IMG/VR virus record: IMGVR_UViG_3300008255_000309
Location: 1 to 32,784 of that record
From: a virus
Taxonomy: Duplodnaviria > Caudoviricetes
Strand: one strand, 5' to 3'
DNA length: 32,784 nt
The notes under the pieces were generated by a model. The model had not been told where the DNA came from. It did not search any database and was given only the letters and a program-made list of their open reading frames with translations. The position numbers and the translations under genes are program-made. Position 1 is the first letter of the stretch; the number at the start of each line of letters is the position of its first letter. This document shows, in pieces, positions 27,553-32,784 of this stretch.

Positions 27553-28857
27553 TCAACCCTCACGAATGGCGTGCCAATAATTCAACCCCGAATTGTTAGT
27601 GTTCGGGAATGCGCACCATTGCTCTCCAGCCACCTCCATACGATCTTCAGCTGAAATACCGCGTCCCGGGAATCCAGCAAGGTCTTCTATTTCACCTATC
27701 ACTTGAGAAAGCCCCGGTTCATCCTGCCAAAGTGTACAGGGAAGCAAATGGTATGTCTGGTTATTGACGCCGACCGGAGCTGGTGCAATTAACGTGGGAG
27801 AGTCCCCGTCAACATAGTCATCTGAGCCGCCCTTAGTGTAACCTGTCGAAGGCGTTTCACTGCCGCTGCCTGTCGCAATGTTAGGAGCATCCGCTGTCGG
27901 ATTAGCAAGGTCTGTTCCTGCATAATGAGGGAATACACGAATACCAGCGAAAGAATTTTCACCATCCTTCCATGTACCATCAATCCAGCGAATAAAAAAT
28001 GTCTTGCTACCATGTCGAGCAAGACAGGCGTGATTGCTAGCATAAGGATCTGATATATCTTCGCCGTTGCGGGTTGTTGTCCCAGCTACGATAAAGGGTG
28101 CAGGGAAGTCAGTGCTAGGTGTGGTTACGAACGGGCTATAACACCCGACGTATCCATGCTCATAGCTCGGGGATACATCTGCGACAAACTGTATATGACG
28201 CCCGGTCGCTTGGAAGAAATAATGAATTGAGCTAGTTGTCAATGGTACGCGACCCGTCTCCGTACCTGTATACGCCCCAGCAAGGTTCGGACTAGAGCCG
28301 GGTTGCGTGTACTGATTCGCGGCATTGTTGTACCCAGTGGCAACCATGAGTTGCCACTGGGGATTACCAGCACTAATAAAAGCCTCAATGATAACCACGG
28401 GATCGACGCCACTTGCATTCGCGCCTGTTGCTATCCAGTAGAAACCAGTTTGGTCGTCCACATAACTTGAACGACCGTTCGTTGATCCGTCTGCTACCCA
28501 TTCAGCGGTGAGCATGGTTAGATCGAACAGACCGCCAGACCCAGTACCGCCCGTGACAGCGTTGTCCGTGGTTGTCGGGTTTGCAGAATACGAACCCCAG
28601 TTTTTGACGCGAATACCGTCAACCACACCAGCCGCAACACTTGTCACTTCAAACTGTGCAGCTAGTGCGCTGTCACCGTTCGTTGTGCCACCAGCAACCG
28701 TCAGGACATCGCCTACCGTGTAACCTGTTCCGCCCGTGGACCCTACTGCAACCGCTTCAACGTGGTTGCCTGTGATAAAGTCGAACAGGTGTTTAAGGAG
28801 TCGCACATGCCCTTGCACGCCAACTCCGCTGGTAACAATGCCTTCATGCCAAGCCAT
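27553..28857 (-). CDS. Virion structural protein (tail) following tape measure
   Basis: 434-aa Gly/Thr-rich ORF; C-terminal GEIEDL...SAED...W-x-x-FP resembles the downstream gene. Confidence 0.7.
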   Translation of the reverse strand: MAWHEGIVTSGVGVQGHVRLLKHLFDFITGNHVEAVAVGSTGGTGYTVGDVLTVAGGTTNGDSALAAQFEVTSVAAGVVDGIRVKNWGSYSANPTTTDNAVTGGTGSGGLFDLTMLTAEWVADGSTNGRSSYVDDQTGFYWIATGANASGVDPVVIIEAFISAGNPQWQLMVATGYNNAANQYTQPGSSPNLAGAYTGTETGRVPLTTSSIHYFFQATGRHIQFVADVSPSYEHGYVGCYSPFVTTPSTDFPAPFIVAGTTTRNGEDISDPYASNHACLARHGSKTFFIRWIDGTWKDGENSFAGIRVFPHYAGTDLANPTADAPNIATGSGSETPSTGYTKGGSDDYVDGDSPTLIAPAPVGVNNQTYHLLPCTLWQDEPGLSQVIGEIEDLAGFPGRGISAEDRMEVAGEQWCAFPNTNNSGLNYWHAIREG

Positions 28858-28865
28858 GTTATTTC

Positions 28866-31088
28866 CTACTGGATTAGATTTCTAATCGTGTCCGGGTTGT
28901 CTCGGATCACGTTCAAAATTACCTGTGATCCTTGTGCTCCTTGCATAGCGGCAGGAATTTCACTTGGATCACGGACGTTGATAATCTGGGGGCTCACGTT
29001 CACTTGGGGCGGTGCGCTTTGTAGCGTGCCCGTTCGCTGTTGCTGTGGTGTTTCCACTGTAACACGTTCGCGCGGACTCACGTTAAGCATGGCAAGTTGA
29101 CTATCAGGTCCACCGCTACCGGGAACCATAAACGCTCCGCCCGTCGCAAAGCCACCAGCAAAGAAGCCTTGAAGCATACCTCCAAAACCGCCACCTGCAC
29201 CACCGCCCCCGCCACCAAAGCTCTGCCCAAGCATCCGGAAGATTTCGCTGGCAAGGAATTGCGATGCTATTTCTTTTAGCATATTTGCGACTTGACTTGG
29301 GACGTCGTCAAGGCCGTCTGTAAACAAGTTGGCAAGGGTGCCACCTAGAATATCCTGTGCATTCTCCCGCGCACGGTTTAGGAAGACGTTAAGGTTATCC
29401 AGTGCGGGATCGGTTTCTTTAGTCGCTTCAATAAGCTCGTCCCGAATCATGGTGATAGCTGCTGCATACTCCTCAGCGCTCAATTTGCCCGCGCTATAAA
29501 GCTCCTCGATTCGTTTAAGTTGGGTTCCGAATTCCTGCTGAGGTGTCTGGATAGCTTGTATAATCCGGGCTGCATCCTCCTCAAGTGCATTCTTCTTTTC
29601 GATTTCCGCATTGAGGGCATTGATTGCAGTAATGGCATCCCGCGCTTGATTCCCGAACCCAGCGAGTCCACCTTGCGCTTCTAGCTGACGGATCTGCACC
29701 TCCTGCAATGCGTCCGCGTACTCCATATTCGCGGATACAGCAAGTTCCAGCGCCGCACGCTCCTCATTAAGACCATCAAGAAAACCCTGTTGAGTTTCTC
29801 GAAGTTTCTCCAATGCCTTAACCGCTTCAGGGTCTACCGCTGAGCCTTTGCCAACAGCTCCGTCAGCACCAGCATTCGGATTCTCAAAAAGGTTCTTCTG
29901 CGCCGCCGCAGTTAAACGGGCACCCTTGTCCCACACCTGAACCAGTTTTTCTATCGTGTCTGTGGTGTCGCTTATTAGTTGATCACGAAGCTCGTGACTG
30001 CTCGCGACAACAATGTCCTGAGTATCGCTAAAGGACATTGATAGGATTTCACCAGCTTGTGCAAACTCACCACTGAGCGCTGCACCAATGGCAGCAGCAA
30101 GGCCACCAAGCTGGTTCCCAACCGCTTGGAATGCTGTGCCCACAGTATTCTTCAGCACTCCAACCAGTTGTATGAATACGGATTGCAATACGATTAAGGT
30201 ACTTGCTAGCACCTTCGTCCCGCTTGTCAGTTCGTCCTGTTCTGTTAGGACGCCTCCCATAGCCCGGGCTAGACCAAGAATCTGAGGTAGCATTTTAATG
30301 ACGTATTGGGTAACAGAATTGATCGCTTCTGCAAGCCCATTAGCTGCACCGCTTGCTTCGAAGAATTTTCCAACAACCAAGAGCATCGCGTTCTTGAGCT
30401 TGGTAAGTTCCTGCCCTGTGGTGCTAACTGTCTTGGAGAAGCGCTGTTCCAGCTCGTCTCCTGCACCTGCAAAGGCGTCGAGGATGGTATTAGCTGTGAT
30501 CTTACCGTCCTGACCCATTGCCCGGAGTTCACCACGGGTAACACCCAGTGACTTCGCAATAACGTCTGCAACCGCTGGGAGTTGCTCGAGCACGCTGCGC
30601 AGCTCATCGCCGCGAAGGGTACCGGAAGCCATGCCCTGTGAGAGCTGAATAAGACCAGCGCTTGCTTCGGTTGCGGTTGCACCGCTAAGAATGATCGCTT
30701 GGTTCAAGCTCTTGGTGAATTGCAGAAGCTGGTTCTGATTTACGCCCAGCTCTTTGCTTGAGATTGCAAGCCGGGAATACAGCTCAACACTGCCCTCGAA
30801 ACTTGACCGGGTTTGCTGGCTAATCTCGAAAAGCGACTGGGTGACACTTGCAAGCTGCTCCGAACCTGTGGTCACAACCCGGAGACGATTCTGCAGATTT
30901 TGGAAAGTGTTGGCAAGCTGTAGGGTTTCCTTTGCAACCAGCCCCACGCTAAGCGCTCCCAGAGCTCGCTTAAACGCCCCCAGCACGCGATCAGTGCCTT
31001 TGGCTGCTGTACCTATGCTTTCAATATTGCGTTTAACTACGCGCGAACCGTCCTCGCGTATGACAATGTCAATCCGTTCAGTTGCCAT
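28866..31088 (-). CDS. Tail tape measure protein
   Basis: QLSQGMASGTLRGDELRSVLEQLP (tape-measure N-terminal domain), helical Ala-rich body, FATGGAF-x-V-x-G-x-GG-x-DS near the C-terminus. Confidence 0.93.
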   Translation of the reverse strand: MATERIDIVIREDGSRVVKRNIESIGTAAKGTDRVLGAFKRALGALSVGLVAKETLQLANTFQNLQNRLRVVTTGSEQLASVTQSLFEISQQTRSSFEGSVELYSRLAISSKELGVNQNQLLQFTKSLNQAIILSGATATEASAGLIQLSQGMASGTLRGDELRSVLEQLPAVADVIAKSLGVTRGELRAMGQDGKITANTILDAFAGAGDELEQRFSKTVSTTGQELTKLKNAMLLVVGKFFEASGAANGLAEAINSVTQYVIKMLPQILGLARAMGGVLTEQDELTSGTKVLASTLIVLQSVFIQLVGVLKNTVGTAFQAVGNQLGGLAAAIGAALSGEFAQAGEILSMSFSDTQDIVVASSHELRDQLISDTTDTIEKLVQVWDKGARLTAAAQKNLFENPNAGADGAVGKGSAVDPEAVKALEKLRETQQGFLDGLNEERAALELAVSANMEYADALQEVQIRQLEAQGGLAGFGNQARDAITAINALNAEIEKKNALEEDAARIIQAIQTPQQEFGTQLKRIEELYSAGKLSAEEYAAAITMIRDELIEATKETDPALDNLNVFLNRARENAQDILGGTLANLFTDGLDDVPSQVANMLKEIASQFLASEIFRMLGQSFGGGGGGAGGGFGGMLQGFFAGGFATGGAFMVPGSGGPDSQLAMLNVSPRERVTVETPQQQRTGTLQSAPPQVNVSPQIINVRDPSEIPAAMQGAQGSQVILNVIRDNPDTIRNLIQ

Positions 31089-31519
31089 TAGCGCACCGGG
31101 CCTTTGAGAAGCTGTGCGTTACGTACTGCATCGGCACCTCTTAGAACAGCTTGCTCCACGAAACCCGCGGGCGCTTGTGCTGAGTGTCCGTCGTTCAGTC
31201 TGCCTATATATGGAAGGTTGTTCGTAATATGGATCGAAGCATTAGGGCCACCTTTATAGAGCGCGATAGCTGCTGCACCTTGCGCGATAGGCGTCGTAGA
31301 AGAAAAACGTTCACCTGCCCTGCCAACTTCCCCGGACGCAGGCCCACCTAGCTCAACCTGCCAGTTTGCACGAGCGCGACCAGTGTCCACGGGTGTTGCA
31401 AGTACGACAGTGGCATCAACAGCGAGGGCAACCTTGCGCACAGTCCTATCAGCTTCGGTGACAACCTGCCCACCTCTTGCCAACATCCTCCGCGCAAATC
31501 TATTCAGGTCGTTTGCCAC
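31088..31519 (-). CDS. HK97 gp10-like tail completion/neck protein
   Basis: TPVDTGRARANW and NNLPY-x-x-RL-x-x-GHS-x-QAPAGFV; GTG start. Confidence 0.85.
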   Translation of the reverse strand: MANDLNRFARRMLARGGQVVTEADRTVRKVALAVDATVVLATPVDTGRARANWQVELGGPASGEVGRAGERFSSTTPIAQGAAAIALYKGGPNASIHITNNLPYIGRLNDGHSAQAPAGFVEQAVLRGADAVRNAQLLKGPVR

Positions 31520-31880
31520 TTTTCTTACCTTCGCCTATACCCTTATCCGCCGCCTTCTTAATCTGCTTGCTCTTGTGGTTCAAGTAAGCGATGTCTAACT
31601 GCTGAATGTGATAAAAGAGATCCTCACGTTGTTCTCCCTCGTACCCATGCACATCAGCATAATCGTTAATCGTTAGCCAAGCGATAGGCCCTTCCGCGTA
31701 ACCTTGCTGTCTACAGGACGTTAAATCCAGAAAGGCGACAAAGTACAGCTCAAGCCCGAAAGCAATCCATGGAGCATTCTCAATAGACTTTGGCAACGGT
31801 AAACGGTTTCGCGCAGCCTGCTCTATGATTGCTTTCTCTGTTGGCCCCTGCTCAAGCTGATACAGAAGAACCTCTATCAG
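31500..31880 (-). CDS. Tail assembly chaperone, frameshifted C-terminal part (lambda gpT analogue)
   Basis: The -1 frame is open from the slippery site: LIEVLLYQLEQGPTEKAIIEQAARNRLPLPKSIENAP... and joins the listed ORF 31500..31796. Confidence 0.8.
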   Translation of the reverse strand: MIEVLLYQLEQGPTEKAIIEQAARNRLPLPKSIENAPWIAFGLELYFVAFLDLTSCRQQGYAEGPIAWLTINDYADVHGYEGEQREDLFYHIQQLDIAYLNHKSKQIKKAADKGIGEGKKSGKRPE

Positions 31881-32299
31881 TTTTTTGAGTCGTCCTCCCT
31901 TACGTAAGCACGGAACAGGGACGAGCGCTGTGCCTGTTCTTGGATATCCCCAAACAGATCCGGGAGGTCGTTGAACAGCTTAACCACATTCTCTTTCGTG
32001 CAGGCCATCGGGTTTCCGTCCTGATCCTCGACACCAGTCCAGCCAATAACAATCGTCTCCGCATACACCTCACGGATGATTGCTTCCATGGCTTTGCGAT
32101 CCATGGTGTCGTTCTGGATTTGCCTGCGAAAAGGTTTCGCTTTGACTTCCATGCGTCGCAGATAGTTCTGGTTGCTTCCGCCTGCACGTGCAATCGTAAT
32201 CTCGATCGGTTTCCCTTCCGAGTTCTCACCGTACTGGAGGACAATACCATCCTTCTCCAGCTTTGGGTCCGTTTTGAAGTTAGTGTATAAGCTCATCAT
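31877..32299 (-). CDS. Tail assembly chaperone (lambda gpG analogue)
   Basis: Lies between tail tube and tape measure; IARAGG-x-N, GW-x-GV-x-D-x-DG, LPDLF; GGAG RBS. Confidence 0.85.
   Translation of the reverse strand: MMSLYTNFKTDPKLEKDGIVLQYGENSEGKPIEITIARAGGSNQNYLRRMEVKAKPFRRQIQNDTMDRKAMEAIIREVYAETIVIGWTGVEDQDGNPMACTKENVVKLFNDLPDLFGDIQEQAQRSSLFRAYVREDDSKN
31880..31886 (-). other. Programmed -1 ribosomal frameshift slippery heptamer A AAA AAC
   Basis: TCA AAA AAC TGA at the end of the chaperone gene, in X XXY YYZ phase. Confidence 0.85.
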
Positions 32300-32333
32300 A
32301 GTCTCCGCTTGGGTTAAAACCCGTAGCGTACAG

Positions 32334-32783
32334 TTACATCGCTAAGTTCGGCAAGTAGGGGAAGCTCTGAAAAGTCAGCGTCCATCCAAATGCTGATTCA
32401 GCTGCTTGACTTTCTAGGGGAATGGTGATAGCTTGATCCTGTTCCACCGCAAGTCGACCGCCACCCAGTGCAAGCAATGGGATGTCAAACAAGAGCGCTT
32501 TGTTGTCCTTTGCCATCGCAAAGTCCAGCGTGATGTCTGCGTTATTTCTTACCGCCTGCACCGCCGCAACGTCAGCGAAGTATGCAGTAAGCTCACCGCC
32601 TACTTCGAAGGTACCCGCTGTGACGTCAAACGCACCAAGAACTCCGATCGCCTTATTCGGGCTTACGTTGTTATTGAGGGTTAGCGTCATACTGGTAGCA
32701 AAAGCAAACAACGGGTTAATATCAGAATCTACCAGACTTACACTAGCCAACTTAATCCGAGCAAAGTCTGAGCTAGTGTTATA
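32334..32783 (-). CDS. Major tail tube protein, C-terminal part (5' end outside window)
   Basis: The frame is open to the window edge; LNNN-x-SP-x-KAIG-x-LGA...G-x-FEV-x-G-x-LTAYF; directly upstream of the chaperones. Confidence 0.8.
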   Translation of the reverse strand, partial: YNTSSDFARIKLASVSLVDSDINPLFAFATSMTLTLNNNVSPNKAIGVLGAFDVTAGTFEVGGELTAYFADVAAVQAVRNNADITLDFAMAKDNKALLFDIPLLALGGGRLAVEQDQAITIPLESQAAESAFGWTLTFQSFPYLPNLAM

Positions 32784-32784
32784 A

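Overview
Fragment of a tailed dsDNA phage genome with siphovirus-type tail genes. No integrase, tRNA or CRISPR array was seen. It has two convergent arms meeting at ~19.2 kb. The + arm (1-19158) carries replication and nucleotide metabolism: a 5'-truncated AEP primase-polymerase, MazG-like NTP pyrophosphohydrolase, ThyX, ATP-dependent ligase, AAA_24/Sak4-like NTPase, DUF669 SSB-like protein, Cas4-like exonuclease and SF2 helicase. These are followed by an island of sigma70-promoter-driven small genes (three share one putative DNA-binding domain), then a complete 7-deazaguanine DNA-modification operon (queE, gat-queC, queD, PRTase-folE fusion, dpdA-like) that runs straight into a beta-clamp-like gene and a family B DNA polymerase. 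The - arm (19232-32784) carries tail morphogenesis: tail tube (partial), tail assembly chaperones with a -1 frameshift, tail completion protein, tape measure, several tail-tip proteins and a DUF2793 protein. Most notable observations: a type I phosphoribosyltransferase domain fused to FolE inside the deazaguanine operon; a strongly structured RNA leader at 9443-9511; a helicase ending in a bacterial SSB-type DDDIPF tail; and a three-member paralogous protein family. All protein calls come from motif recognition by eye, not database searches.
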